NCBI GenBank assembly: GCA_951406725.2
Contig: OX597826.1
Span: forward strand, 78,430,001 to 78,494,000
Direction: 5' to 3'
From: Octopus vulgaris
Lineage: Eukaryota
Length of the DNA stretch: 64,000 nucleotides
Shown here: positions 14,534-28,950 of the stretch, piece by piece
How positions within the stretch are numbered: position 1 is the first letter of the stretch
Layout: every line of letters begins with the position of its first letter
Program-made: the position numbers and the translations under genes
The notes under the pieces: model-generated
Seen by the model: the letters and a program-made list of their open reading frames with translations, nothing else
Told to the model about the DNA's origin: nothing
The model's database searches: none

Positions 14534-14606
<73 letters not shown>

Positions 14607-14610
14607 TACA

Positions 14611-15000
14611 TAGACGCAGGAGTGGCTGTGCGGTAAGTAGCTTGTTTACTAACCACATGGCTCTGGGTTCAGTTCCTTCGGCAAGTGTTTTATATTATAG
14701 CCTCGGGCCGACCAAATCCTTGTGGGTGGATTTGGTAGACGGAAACTGAAAGAAACCCGTCGTATATATATATTTATATATGTATACGTTTGTGTGTCTG
14801 TGTTTGTCCCCCCACCCACCCACCATCGACTGACAACCGATGTTGGTGTGTGTACGTCCCCGTAACTTAGCGGTTCGGCAAAAGGAGACCGATAGAATAA
14901 GTACTAGGCTTATAAAAAATAAGTCCTGGGGCCGATTTGCTCGACTAAAGGCGGTGCTCCAGCATGGCCACAGCCAAATGACTGAAACAAATAAAAGAAA
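14611..15000 (+). mobile_element. Full-length family A SINE
   Basis: gacgcaggagtggctgtgcggtaagtagc (A box)...gggttcagttcc (B box)...gtggatttggtagacggaaactgaaag...gactgaaacaaataaaag. Confidence 0.9.
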
Positions 15001-15659
15001 AAAACACACACACATATGCATCTGTATATATGAATCAACAGAATTAATAAAGTCTTAGAGTAAGGCTTCTTATATAAAAAAAAATTATCCCAGAAATTTG
15101 TCATGATAAATTGTATATAAAACTTATATTCAGTGTAAAACACACCCAAGAGCTAATATTCTTTGGTTGCCTACTTCAGATGCTGTTCGTTATTGTGCTG
15201 TCGTTTGAGATGGTCGTATCGCCATTCCACGCTTTATCGTTCGGCAAACTTGGGTGAGAATAAAATATCCCTGAGCAGGTTTATCGTTACAAATATGCTG
15301 CCAACAGCGAACGACTTCCTTTCCTAGTCGCAAGAGCGAGAGAGAGAGAGAGCGAGAGAGAAAGAAAGAGACAGAGAGAGAGAGAAAGAGAGAAATCTGG
15401 GGAAATCTTGCTGCAATTGTGCGGACATTGAATGGCTGTAGCAGCCTTGGTTTTCTTTCTTTTTTGCCTTTCGTCTTTCTCCTCCTCTCCATCGCTCCTC
15501 GTGAATACATCCGCGAAGGCGCGTGTGCGCGCATGTGTGTGCATGCGCAAAGAAACATTGAAATATATCTATACAAAAGTTATATGTAATATTACATATT
15601 CATATATAAACACGTATATATATATGTATATATGTAAATATATGCATATATATTCGTAT

Positions 15660-15705
<46 letters not shown>

Positions 15706-16094
15706 TTATGTATGTACGTGTATATATAAATATATATATATGTGTATATATATGTGTATATGTATGTATGTATGTATGTATATGTATATATATGTATATA
15801 TGAATGTGTGTGCATTTATGTATATACATGAGTGTTCGAATGTGTGAATTTGTGTGTGTGTGTGTGTGCTACCGCATTACCAATAAGATGTATGGCTATA
15901 TACCCATAAGTGAATTTGTTATTTTTCAATATCATAATGTTGTTTACAAGAACAGTTTTACATACATAAGTGTACAAACACGCACATACACACACACACA
16001 CACACACACGTATATATACAAATATATACATGTATACATGTGTGTTTGCATTTATGTATGTATAAATATATGTGTGTACATATTTATTATATAC

Positions 16095-16125
<31 letters not shown>

Positions 16126-16147
16126 AACAGCTAGCTAGCTAGCTAGC

Positions 16148-16241
<94 letters not shown>

Positions 16242-16859
16242 TTGATAGACAGATGTATTGCTTATGCCAAATCTCGTGAGAAGCTTTTTAGTCTGAAGTG
16301 CGCAACCATTGAGAAACATGGAGGTGTAAGATACAATGAATTTCCTGATTTGAAATATATTTCGTATTTATTCTATTCATGAACTGACCTGGTGTAGCCA
16401 CATCCCAGTGGTTGCAAACGAGCAAGAGAGCTTCTTCTGAATTTCGCCTTTCTGTATTTGTTCTTAACCATAAGAAGTAAACATCTATATCTATATCTAT
16501 GTCTGTATAAGTTAATCGTTGGTAGGGACACGGTCTTCTGTTTAGCAGCCATAATGTACTCCCTGATAAGTTAAAGGTTTATGAGTCAACCTTGTGTTTT
16601 ATTACTGTTTTGTGTTAACTGTGCGATTCGCTCAGTTTCTAAGTTGCTCCTACAAATATTCTGTAGAGTTTTGAACCAATACTGAAAGTTATGCTGTTTC
16701 GTATACGAATACGTCTATGTAAACAAAGCGATCGAAGACCGAAAAACAGGTCATGGGTAAATATGCATATTTCAGGGGCTATTGCTCCTCCTTCGACACC
16801 ACATCCAACCTATTAACCACCGACGAATACATTGCTTATTTACTTATTTTTCTCTCGTC

Positions 16860-17040
16860 GATCGTCATCTCAACCACAAAATACTAGCACAACCTCAGTA
16901 CTGACAGCACAAGGAAAACATATTAGGATCATAGGAACAGGTTCACGTAGCATACAGAGACAGAAGCAAATGTAACGTTGCATCATTATATAAATTCGTA
17001 TGGAATCTAAAGGACTGTATGAAATCACAATTATGAATTA
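16860..17040 (+). pseudogene. Degenerate Penelope-like GIY-YIG endonuclease C-terminal remnant
   Basis: Fragments STDSTRKTY* and HVAYRDRSKCNVASLYKFVWNLKD resemble the PLE motif H..SFR...K.NST.LSK.VW.LKD; stops and frameshifts present. Confidence 0.4.
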
Positions 17041-17572
17041 TATATATATCAGAGGCCACCATCATTAGATCTTCCAGTTGGATTCCGAAGCGTGACCAAC
17101 TGAGATAATGGATATTATCCAAACATCTCATTCCTCGTCTGTCCGTAGGTATCTCGCCAATTGACCCGGCTTGAAGAATCCAATCCGTCTTGCAATTCTT
17201 TCCTGCGACATTCTAAACACGTTCATAATACTGGAGCTGTTGCCTCTCAATACCATTGTCGTCCTACGCGCCGCGCCCTGCCAGCCTTGCTCTCCTGCTC
17301 GCCCGCTCACCCATCAGCAGCTGTCGTTCCGTTCGTTCGTCCTCTCACTCTCGCACGTTCGGCTCCGTCTTCGCCTGCGTCTAACCGTCGTCGCTGCCAT
17401 GCGCTTACACGCTTTTGCTCGCACAGCCGGGCTCGCGCCGCTTCGACTCGCACTTCCTCCCCGACAACGACGTGCCCGCCGCCTCACGCTGCTCGCCGCC
17501 ACACACTCTCGCGCACGCTTCGGTAGCTCGCTGACAGACGCTGTTGTTGCTCCTCCAACCGGTTTGGTACCA

Positions 17573-17736
17573 GGAGTTCAAATTCCGCCGAGGTCGACTT
17601 TGCCTTTCATCCTTCCGGGGTCGATTAAATAAGTACCAGTTACGCACTGGGGGTCAATATAATCGACTTAATCCGTTTGTCTGTCCTTGTTTGTCCTCTC
17701 TGTGTTTAGCCCCTTGTGGGTAGTAAAGAAATAGGA
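17573..17736 (+). mobile_element. 5'-truncated family B (Meta-domain) SINE
   Basis: gagttcaaattccgccgaggtcgactttgcctttcatccttccggggtcgattaaataagtaccag matches the Meta/Sauria-type core. Confidence 0.85.
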
Positions 17737-18178
17737 ACGCTTCTTGCGCTTTCCGCGCTCGCCTGAAAGCCACCCTAATCCCCGAGTTACCCTGTCGAAA
17801 AACCTTACTCTACAGATCCTGTCTGTCCGTTCGTTTAAAGCGGGAAGATGTGATTTAATGGCGATTTAGCTAATTCACCATCATTTAGCCAACGTTTCAT
17901 CGCCTCCTTTCCTTATTTCCTTTATATTTTTGTTACTCCTTCCTTCACCTCCAACTCCATATACAGATGTTGTTGTTTCTCTTTTGTTTTCTTTGTTTTC
18001 TTTTTCAGTTTTTGTTCTTGTTATTTTTTACGCTTTTTCCCACATTTTTTTGGTTCATATTCCCATCTCAAGAAGTTGCTATCCATTTAGTTTCTCTACT
18101 TAATTTCAATTATCATGTCAATAAAACCAACACCACCACCACCAGCAACAACACCACCGACACCACCACCACCAGCAC

Positions 18179-18226
<48 letters not shown>

Positions 18227-18829
18227 CAGTAGTAGTTCTTGTCAATTTTTAATGTTAACTCTTTCCTTGTCGTTCTAAACATTTTAATCTCTCCTTCTCC
18301 CTCCTCTCTCTCTCTTTCTCTTTCTGTCTGTCTGTCCGTCTCTCTTTCTTTCTCTTCCTCTCCCTTTCTTTCTTTCTCTCTCTCTCTCTCTTTCTTTCTC
18401 TCTTTCTCTCTTTCTGTCGCTGTTGCACGCTCTTCATATTCTTTCGCTCTCTATGCCTCAATCCAATTCCTGTCTGTGTGTCCCATCCTATATTCATTAC
18501 TTCTCCAAGCCCACCCACCCCTCCAACCGAACTTGTGTGTGTTCACGCGTGTGTGTCCACGTGTGTGTGTGTGTGTGTGTGTGTGCAATTCTTTATTGAC
18601 GTCACAGGATCAAACATCAATAAATCAAAAGACAGTGTGTTGAAAACGTTGCACTAGCGTCTTGGTTTGACAATCAGGTCGATCGCGAGGAGACGGGGGG
18701 GGGGGGTTGAGACAGTCTGAGAGAGAAATTTAGTACCATACTATTATGGTGGTGGGGGAGGAGTGAGGGTGACTAGAAGGCGTCGGTGGAGATGTGCGAG
18801 GCATATGACGCGGTGATGGAGGAGTCAGG

Positions 18830-19159
18830 GGCACGAATGATGATGGTGATGGCGATTATGAGGATGAATATGGTGACGGTGGTGGCGTGGTAGCGGTGGT
18901 GGCGGTGGTGGTGGAGGATAATGAGAATGATGATGATATATTGATAATGATGATGGTGGTGGTAAGGGGGTTGCTGACGGTGATGGTGATGATGATGATG
19001 ATGATTATGATGATGGCTATGATGATGATGATGATGATGATGATGATTATGATAATTATGATGATTATGATGATGGCTATGATGATGATGATGATGATGA
19101 TGATGGCTATGATGATGATGATGATGATGATGATGGCTATGATGATGATGATGATGGCT

Positions 19160-19213
<54 letters not shown>

Positions 19214-19214
19214 C

Positions 19215-19251
<37 letters not shown>

Positions 19252-19380
19252 GAGAAGGAAAAGGTGGAGGAGGAAGAGGGGTAAGAAGGGAGAACGACGA
19301 CAATGATGACGATGATGCGAAGATAAAGATTGTGATGATGATGGCGATAATGATGACGATGATGACGACGATGACATCAT
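18830..19380. repeat. (GAT)n microsatellite array with periodic ggctat interruptions
   Basis: Directly visible. Confidence 0.95.
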
Positions 19381-19624
19381 TTAAATCCTTTATTATTGTA
19401 TCCTACAAATGATTAAATCTTCGTCGCGGCTAACGTGGCTGTTACGGTTTCTGACATCAACACTTCCCAGTTGTCCAAAGGTATTTGGGTGGTGAAGCTA
19501 GTGAGTTCAATCCTGTTCAGCGCCATCACTGAACAGATTTACTGATTCCTTACCGGAGGAACCGAGATGACCGCCCCGGCTGGAGTTTTTCTCATCCTTT
19601 TCTTATCTTCTTTATTTTTTTTTT

Positions 19625-19820
19625 TTTTTTACTTGTTTCTGTCATATGCCAGCGGCCATTATGGGGCCCGGCTTGGAGAGCTTTCAGACGAACAAATCGA
19701 CCCCAGGACTTAACTTTTTACAGCCTGGTACTTATGCTATCGGTTTGTTTTGCCGAACCACTAAGAGACGAAAACACACCAACACCGATTGTCAAGTGGT
19801 AGTGAGGACAAACACAGACA

Positions 19821-19866
<46 letters not shown>

Positions 19867-20052
19867 CATATATAAATATATACATATATGAGAGGCTTCT
19901 TTCAGTTTCCGTCTACCAAATCCACTGACAAGGCTTTTGTCGGACCGAGACTATAGTAGAAGACACTTGCCTAAGGTGCCATGCAGTAGGGCTGAACCCA
20001 TAACCGAATGGGTGGGAAGCAAGCTTCTTACCACACAGCCACACCTGCACCT
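19625..20052 (-). mobile_element. Full-length family A SINE
   Basis: acttgtttctgtca...cttctttcagtttccgtctaccaaatccact...aagcaagcttcttaccacacagccacacctgcacc. Confidence 0.85.
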
Positions 20053-20204
20053 ATGGAATCTAATGCAAAATATTATTGTTGTTGTAGCTATTGTTTAGTG
20101 GTAGCTAAACCCTAACTGAATATGGCTATGATAAAAGATGTTGTAGACTTCACTATCTCATCTTCTGTTTCTGACATCGTGTATCTTGGATTACATCATC
20201 CAAT

Positions 20205-20576
20205 AGACGTGTCTGTGCGGTAAGAAGCTTGCTTCCCAACCACATGGTTCCGGGTTCTGTCCCACTTGGGCAAATATCTTCTACTGCAGCCTCGAGTCAA
20301 CAGAAGGCCTGTCAGTGGATTTGGTAGACGGAAACTGAAAGAAGCCTGTCATATATATACGTATGTGTGTACGCGTGTGTTTGTCCCCCTACCACAGCTT
20401 AACAACCAGTGTTGCTGTGTTTCGTCCCCATGACTTAGCGGTTCACCAAAGGACACCGATGCAATAAATACCAGGCTTAAAATACACTAAGTACAGCTGT
20501 CGATTCTTTCGAGTAAAAATTTCCAAAAAGGTGCCCCAGCATGGCCACAGTCTAATGAATGAACCAAGTAAAAGAT
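20205..20576 (+). mobile_element. Full-length diverged family A SINE, head-to-head with the previous copy
   Basis: gtctgtgcggtaagaagcttgcttcccaaccacatggttccgggttc...gtggatttggtagacggaaactgaaagaagcc...ccagcatggccacagtc. Confidence 0.85.
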
Positions 20577-21249
20577 ATCCCTTTCACTTTTCGTATGTTT
20601 AACGTGCTAATTAAGGGAGATTTGGCTGTGATTTCTAGCAGGTCACGCCACTCCGTAGGGCATCGCTCACGCATTGATTGTAATTCAGAAGTTAAGCAGT
20701 GTGTAATGGCCAAGATGCAAAACTTTGAATGACCGAATATTAATTAACTGTAACTCACTGAAACCAAGCGCAGGAGAGTAGTGTCCAGAACTGTGACTTG
20801 GACGAGTGCTGAGGTCACACGGTTTGGAACCGGTGTCCTTAAGTAAATTTAGCCTGAACAGCTAATGGTTACGATTGATGTACACTGATGACGGCTAAAA
20901 TGATGGCTGATGGATTTTGATGATGGGATCATCTAACAGTGTTTAGTATGAAAAGCGTGAGTAAAGACTGTCGAAGACTGATGTGACTGATAAAGAAATT
21001 ATAATGGATTCATGTGATTTATGAAATGATAAAAAAAAGTGACTTGGATCGTTAGGACAGATGACCATCGATTGATCTGTTCCTCTGATCATAAAATCGA
21101 ATACAAAACAATCAACATAATTGCCAAAAGACAGAGAAGTACAAAGGATGAAGAAAGCTCAGCTAAGCAAAATAAATGCTTCCCAGGAGAGTAGCCATGT
21201 GCCAGTACGGCGACCCAACTCTCGAGAACCGTGAAATCTTTTTGTTTAT

Positions 21250-22051
21250 ATATTGGTTTCAAAATTTGGCACAAGGCTAGCAATTCTGGGGGGAGAAGGG
21301 CTAAGTCGATTAAATTGATCCCCATTGTTCAACTGGTACTTATTTTATCGACCCTGGGAAGATGAAAAGCAAAGTCGACCTCGGCGTTATTTGAACTCAG
21401 AATGTAAGCATTTTGACCGGTGTGCTAACGCTTCTACACACTCACTACCTTTTTTTTTTTCATTTATATATTAAAGCATTTCTTTAAGGCGACGAGCTGG
21501 CAGAATCATTAGCACGCCGGGCCAAATGCTTAGCAGTATTTTATCTGTCTTTATGTTCAAATTCCGTCGAGGTCGACTTTTCGTTTCATCCTTTCGGAGT
21601 CGATAAATTAAATGCCAGTTGTGTACTGGGGTCGATCAAACGACTGAGCTTTCTTTTTTCTTTATTGCCCACAAGGGGCTAAACACAGAGGGGACAAACA
21701 AAGACAAACAAAGCGATTAAGTCGATTCAGTGCGTGAATGGTATTTAATTTATCGACCCCAAAAGGATGAAAGGCAAAGTGGACCTCGGCGGAATTTGAA
21801 CTCAGGACGTAACGGCAGACGAAATACCTATTTCTTTACTACATACAAGGGGCTAAACACAGAGAGGACAAACAAGGAGAAACAAACGGATTACATCGAC
21901 CCCAGTGCGTAACTAGTACTTAATTTATCGACCCCGAAAAGATGAAAAGCAAAGTCGACCTCGGCGGAATTGGAACTCAGAACGTAACGGCAGACGAAAT
22001 ACGGCTACGCATTTCACCCAGCGTGCTAACCTTTCTGCCATCTCGCCGCCT
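21250..22051. mobile_element. Cluster of family B SINEs: minus (21250-21450), plus (21488-21640), minus dimer (21660-22051)
   Basis: Repeated tttatcgaccc..aaggatgaaa.gcaaagtcgacctcggcggaatttgaactcag in alternating orientation. Confidence 0.85.
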
Positions 22052-22319
22052 TACTGATCCCTTACTGATCTCGACTGACCCCTTCCACCAAATTTCAGGA
22101 CTTGTGTCTAGAACAGAAAGGATTAAGCCATTTCTTTATTCATAAGCAATATCGGAGACAATACCATCCAGTGTCCTTCAAGTTTTCAGAGGATTAGGTA
22201 TGATTTAACGATTCCGTTACTATTTCTAGCAGGCCCAGTGACTTAGAATACCTTGTTGGTTCGTCTTTTAGCAAGATGGCTGATCCTCGAAGGTTTTATG
22301 TTGAGGGACGTATCGTTTT

Positions 22320-22990
22320 TGGCGATGATGACACTGATGAAGCTAATGACGGTCGTGATGACGGCGGCGACGACGACGACAATGATACAAATGATGATGA
22401 GGAAGAGGATGGGGGAGGAGGTAGTGGCGGATGGGGGCAGCTGGGGAGGAGAGGGAGGAGGAAGAGGACGCCGGTAATGACAATATAACGGGGGTGGGAA
22501 TGAACATGGCGATTGTAGTGATGATAAAAATGTTAAAAATAGGTGGAGCTAGTGCTAGTATTTTTGGCATTAGAGGTAGTGGTGGTGGGGAGGTGCAAGG
22601 GAGGTGGTTTGGTGGTAGTGGAAGTGGCGATGGTGGTGGTTTGGGGGGTAGAGGCGGTTGTGGAGTTTACAGTGGCGGCGAGGGCGACGGCGGCCGTGGA
22701 GTTGATCATTGTCATCGTCTTTGCGGTCGTGATGATGATGATGATGATGATGATGACGATGATGATGATGATGATGATGATGTTGATTATGGTGGTGGTG
22801 GTGATAGTGATGTGTGGCGGGATGTTGGGTGGGGGGTCGATGGTGATGACGATGGGAGTCGGTAGTACGAGTGCAAGACGTTTGGTTTGATGAAGAGGAA
22901 GCGTGGAAAAGAAACGAGGGAGAAGATGGGGGTGGGCGGAGGGCGCGATAGATAAACGGGGAGGGGGGAGGGGCAGTGACAGGAGGAAAT
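22320..22990. repeat. Degenerate (GGT/GAT)n low-complexity tract
   Basis: Directly visible G-rich triplet sequence. Confidence 0.8.
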
Positions 22991-23186
22991 GAAATTAATA
23001 AAAATTGATGATCAAAAATAGCAATCTTGCTTATTACGGCTGAAGTGGTCAACCAATATGGAGAGGATACGAGTGTGGGGATGTGGGGGCGTCGGTCTGG
23101 ATGCCTGACTGCTTTGTAGAAAGGTGGCGATGGATGTGTACGAGTAGGTGTTTATGTGTGTTTGTGTGTGTGTGTGTGTGTATGTT

Positions 23187-23257
<71 letters not shown>

Positions 23258-23693
23258 CTTAGTGCGGCTGTATATACATACACACACACATACGTATATA
23301 TATATATATATAATATATATAACACATATATCAACATTTATATATATATATGTATATATGTGTATGTAAGTGAATTTACATATATTTATATGGAAATATA
23401 TTTATACATACAAACGTGTATATGGATGTACCTATATATATATAGACATAAACACACACACACGCATATATATATAAGTATAAACATATATATATATATA
23501 TATGTTTATGTTTTATATATATATATATATATATATAAGCATAAACATATATATGTACAAATTGATAGATACAGGTATACGTGTGTGTATATGTGTGTGT
23601 GTGATATTAAATCAGTTGTGCATATATATATGTATGTATGCATGTTTGCACACACGCACATACACACACAAACACTCATTCGTTCTCTTTTTC

Positions 23694-23728
<35 letters not shown>

Positions 23729-24028
23729 CTTTCACACACACACACACTCAGTATTGATTTACAAACACTAATTTGAGATGGATACGTGTATATGGATGTA
23801 TGTATATACGCTGAGTGTCATTTGGGTGTTTATGTGCATTTATGTATGCGGCGTATGTAGGTAAATGTGTGTGCATGTGTGTGTATGAGATGTGTGTGTG
23901 TGTGTGGATGCGTCGCCTGACTGATGATATCAAGTTAATTATGATACTGTATTATATGTCTGTCTGTATATATGCTTACTTACATACATATATGCATACA
24001 TATGCACATATATATATATATATATATA

Positions 24029-24068
<40 letters not shown>

Positions 24069-24119
24069 TTATGTATATACTTATATACACATAAAATATA
24101 TATAGACACGCACACACTC

Positions 24120-24153
<34 letters not shown>

Positions 24154-24424
24154 GTTCTGTCCGTCTGTTTATTTGTTTACATATACGCATGTTTATATGT
24201 ATGAAGGGACACATCCGAATTCGTTAATATGTATGCATCTATGTAATTATCTATATACTTGTTTATTGCGTATGTATGCACATACGTATGTATATATACG
24301 TATGCAGACATGAGTGTATGCACACATGAACGTATGTATGTATGTATGTATACATGTATTATCTGTTCAAGATGTCTGTCTCGCAGAATCTTTTTGTATG
24401 TATATGCGTTTATCCCTCCCCCCT

Positions 24425-24480
<56 letters not shown>

Positions 24481-24944
24481 TCCTTCGCATGCACTATCCC
24501 TGTATAGTCAATGTTCGAGTTTCTCTTTACTACAACCGCCACCGCAACCATCACCGCTGGACCGACATTCAAAAACTACCACCCACACTACCACAGATAT
24601 CATTACGCCGCCACCGTCTCAACCACACAATACTACCACCAACACTCACAAAGAGATCCTTACAGCCACCACCACAGCTTAACCCCAACACACTACCGCC
24701 GCCACCACCACCACCACCACCGCCACCGCCAGCACCGCACGATCACAGAAAAACCACTTACATCACCTCCACCCTCCACAACACCACCATAATACCAGCA
24801 CCGGGTCCTATATCAGTCACTGCACTACCACCAGAACAACACTTCAGTCTCCACTAAAACCATTGGCACTGCAACAGCTACAACAATAACAGCCTCACGA
24901 AAGCACCACTCACAATACCAACACCTGCACAAACATAATTAACT

Positions 24945-24979
<35 letters not shown>

Positions 24980-25176
24980 GGTGGTGGTGGTGGTGGTGGT
25001 GGTGGTGGTGGTGGTGAGGCTGCTGAAGTTGTTAAATGCTTAATACTACTTAATAGGAATAGCGGGAAATTAATCCGCGGAAACTGGGATATGTACTTGA
25101 TTTATAAATTAAAAGTGAATATTATCCAACACATATGTCTACATGCATAGAAATACATACATATATACATACATAC

Positions 25177-25293
<117 letters not shown>

Positions 25294-25837
25294 TGCGTAT
25301 ACATATACATATATATACACACACTCACGTACAGATATGCATTTCGACCGTTATATCTGTATCTATATTTGTATTTATGTACACATATATCTGTATACTC
25401 ATATATATGTGTGTGTGTTTGTTGTGTGTGTTTGTGTATATATATATATATATATATATATACATACATATATGTATATACATATATATGCACATATGTA
25501 TGTATATATGTGTATATATATATCTATATATATGTATATATATATATATATGTAGACATGCACACACACACACAAACGCTCACATATACACACACGTACA
25601 CTCACACACACACACAAACACATATATATATATATATAGAAATAGGCGTATGTGTGTGTGTGTATTTAAAACAACAGATGTATAAATGTGGTGTATGTGT
25701 ATCAACATACACGTCTGTATTTATGTAAATGACATTTCTATACATCTGACTATTTTGTAAGACGAAAAGGATGTCGAATACTTAGGTTTATTTAATTATA
25801 TTAACATATCAATACATATACATACGTACATCCATAT

Positions 25838-25975
<138 letters not shown>

Positions 25976-25991
25976 TAAGCATATATATATA

Positions 25992-26064
<73 letters not shown>

Positions 26065-26362
26065 ATGCATGCATATATGTGTATGATGTGTGAAAGAATA
26101 AATGAATGTGTGTGTGCGTGTGTGTGGGTGAAGTGAGGGCGGCGGATTTTCAATCATGTGACAAAGAACTTTAATTATACGACGGTTTTGTCACGTCATA
26201 CAGATAGCGGACCAGCCACACAGCCAGCCACCTCTCCTACCGTTCAAGCACTTCCTACATCAAACACGAACCGACAACACAATCCTCAGACGCACACCTA
26301 CACTTATTCGTGAATACATATATACGTGAGTGTGCGTGTGTGTGTGTGCGTATGTGTTTGTG

Positions 26363-26419
<57 letters not shown>

Positions 26420-26506
26420 ACTTATACAAATACACGTATCTTCGCATATACAAACTGATAATATATACAATATACACGGTCACAGGTACGCAATACACGC
26501 GAACAC

Positions 26507-26545
<39 letters not shown>

Positions 26546-26638
26546 GTGTGTGTGTGTATATCAACAGAGAGAGGAAGAGAGAAAGAGATACGTATACATA
26601 TGCACAAATATGCATATATGCATATATATATATGTCCG

Positions 26639-26686
<48 letters not shown>

Positions 26687-26717
26687 CATACAGACATATG
26701 TATATGTATACATACAA

Positions 26718-26764
<47 letters not shown>

Positions 26765-26880
26765 CATGTATATATGTATAAAAATGTATAGATATAGGTA
26801 TATATATGTATATATATGTATAGATATATATATGTATATATATGTACATATATATATATATATGTATATATGTATATATA

Positions 26881-26939
<59 letters not shown>

Positions 26940-27249
26940 GCATACATACATTCAGACATACAACTCAACTCGCATATATAGATACAAACATACGTTCGCA
27001 TAATTTCATCTCAGGTAAAAAAAAAAAAACCTTTCTCCACCAGGCGGCCAATATCACACCCAGCGACACCAACACATCAATACGAGCCGATACTAATAAC
27101 TATGGTCACCGCCGCCCCTCTCAGCGCAGACACCGCCATTATACACACAAACCTCACACTGACATATACACATAGAAATGTGTGTTTGTGCGTATGCATG
27201 TCTATATAAGCATGTAGGTGTGTTCTGTGTGTATATATACATATCTATA

Positions 27250-27297
<48 letters not shown>

Positions 27298-27399
27298 CAA
27301 CGCACAAAAACATACGTACACACACATATTCAAATTAATCACAAGAGGAGAAAACCTTTCCTAACCAAACTCCGGCTGCTCAATTTTACTCCACCCCGC

Positions 27400-28793
27400 C
27401 ATTTCCCTTTCATACGCAATCACCCCCACCCCCGTTCCAAATTCTTCCACAACTGCCAGAGCCTCTGCACCGCCACCATTCTCAGTGACACCAACAACGC
27501 CATCACGAGACATTCCCCGCTGACGTCACCAATGGCACCGCCGTCACCAAAGGCAGGCCTCCCCGCCGCCGCCGCCGTCGTCACCACAACACCGACCACA
27601 CCAATTCGCCATCGCAACCACTAAGACATGAATGGCAGCATCATCTCTGAATCAATTTATTACGATTGCTATCATTGCCATCGAAACAACAACACAGCAC
27701 CACCATCGGCTCCTCCCCACCACCGCCACAACCCCTTATCATCACCACCACCACCATGCAGCCCCACCACCACCACCACACACACATGGCCCAGACTTTA
27801 TCTCGTCTATGTTATCACATCGCCACATACCGCGACCCTGCTCCACCACACTGTTCCGCCACCATACCGCAATTCCACAATTCTCACCCCTCCGCCATAC
27901 CATCATCCACCTACCCCAGGACGACATTACAGCCACCCTACGCCATCAAGCCATCACCAAACACCACCTAAACAAAACACAGCCACCACCTCTACCATTA
28001 CAACTACTATCGGTAACATCAATACCACCATACTTACCACGTGACGCAGCTAAACTGCGTGCAGCCAAGAGTAGCCCTTCAATGTGCCGCCGCCCGAACC
28101 CTCAAGCCTATACAAACTTTACAGCAAACCCAAAATTGTCACCCCCGGAGAAGCGACTCCCGGGACTCCCCATTGAAGCGACGCTCGATATACTTATCTT
28201 CCCAGATATGCTAATGTGCCACTTGCTCACATTCCCATGGTGCCACCATCAAATAACTACACCACCACCACAATCATTACCCCACCACACACCCAAGCAC
28301 CTACTCACACACCGATCACCATTCTACTCCAAGCATACCACCGCCTTCACAACCACCTCCTCCACCACCACCACCACCACCACCACCATCTCTATACATT
28401 ACTCACTGCAACCACCCCCCACCACCACCACCACCACTATAAAACCGAAATATAATCACATCACAGTACTGCCACCACTCGGCCGTCACCCACACCGCTA
28501 GAGTTTGAACACCGCACCACCCTCTCCGCAACCATCACCTCTGCACACTATCGATAGCAATGTTACACTAAGTGCCTCACAACAAACCCCCGTGGCCATC
28601 ACCACCACCGCCGTCATTCCCTCGCCGCCGCCACCGCCACCACCACCGTTATTACCACCAGCGATGTAACGACCCTCACCACCGACACCACCACCACCTC
28701 CACGACTACTACCACGTTATCGCATCTATCACTAACACCACCACCCTAACCGACACCACCTCTTCTACCAACACAGCCTCCATCGCCTCCACC

Positions 28794-28825
<32 letters not shown>

Positions 28826-28950
28826 CACTACCACCGCAACCGCATCAACATCCGTCACTAACCATACCACCATCATCATCACTACCACCTGTACTCCCAT
28901 CACTACCACCACCAATAGCACCACCGACAAACCGCCGCCCCTACCACGAC
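27400..28950. repeat. Degenerate (CAC/CCA)n low-complexity tract
   Basis: Directly visible; gives the T/P/H-rich ORFs. Confidence 0.8.

Noticed and set aside
27632-28501. 289-aa T/P/H-rich mucin-like ORF
   Set aside because: Degenerate (CAC)n tract with overlapping ORFs in all frames; no signal peptide or splice support.
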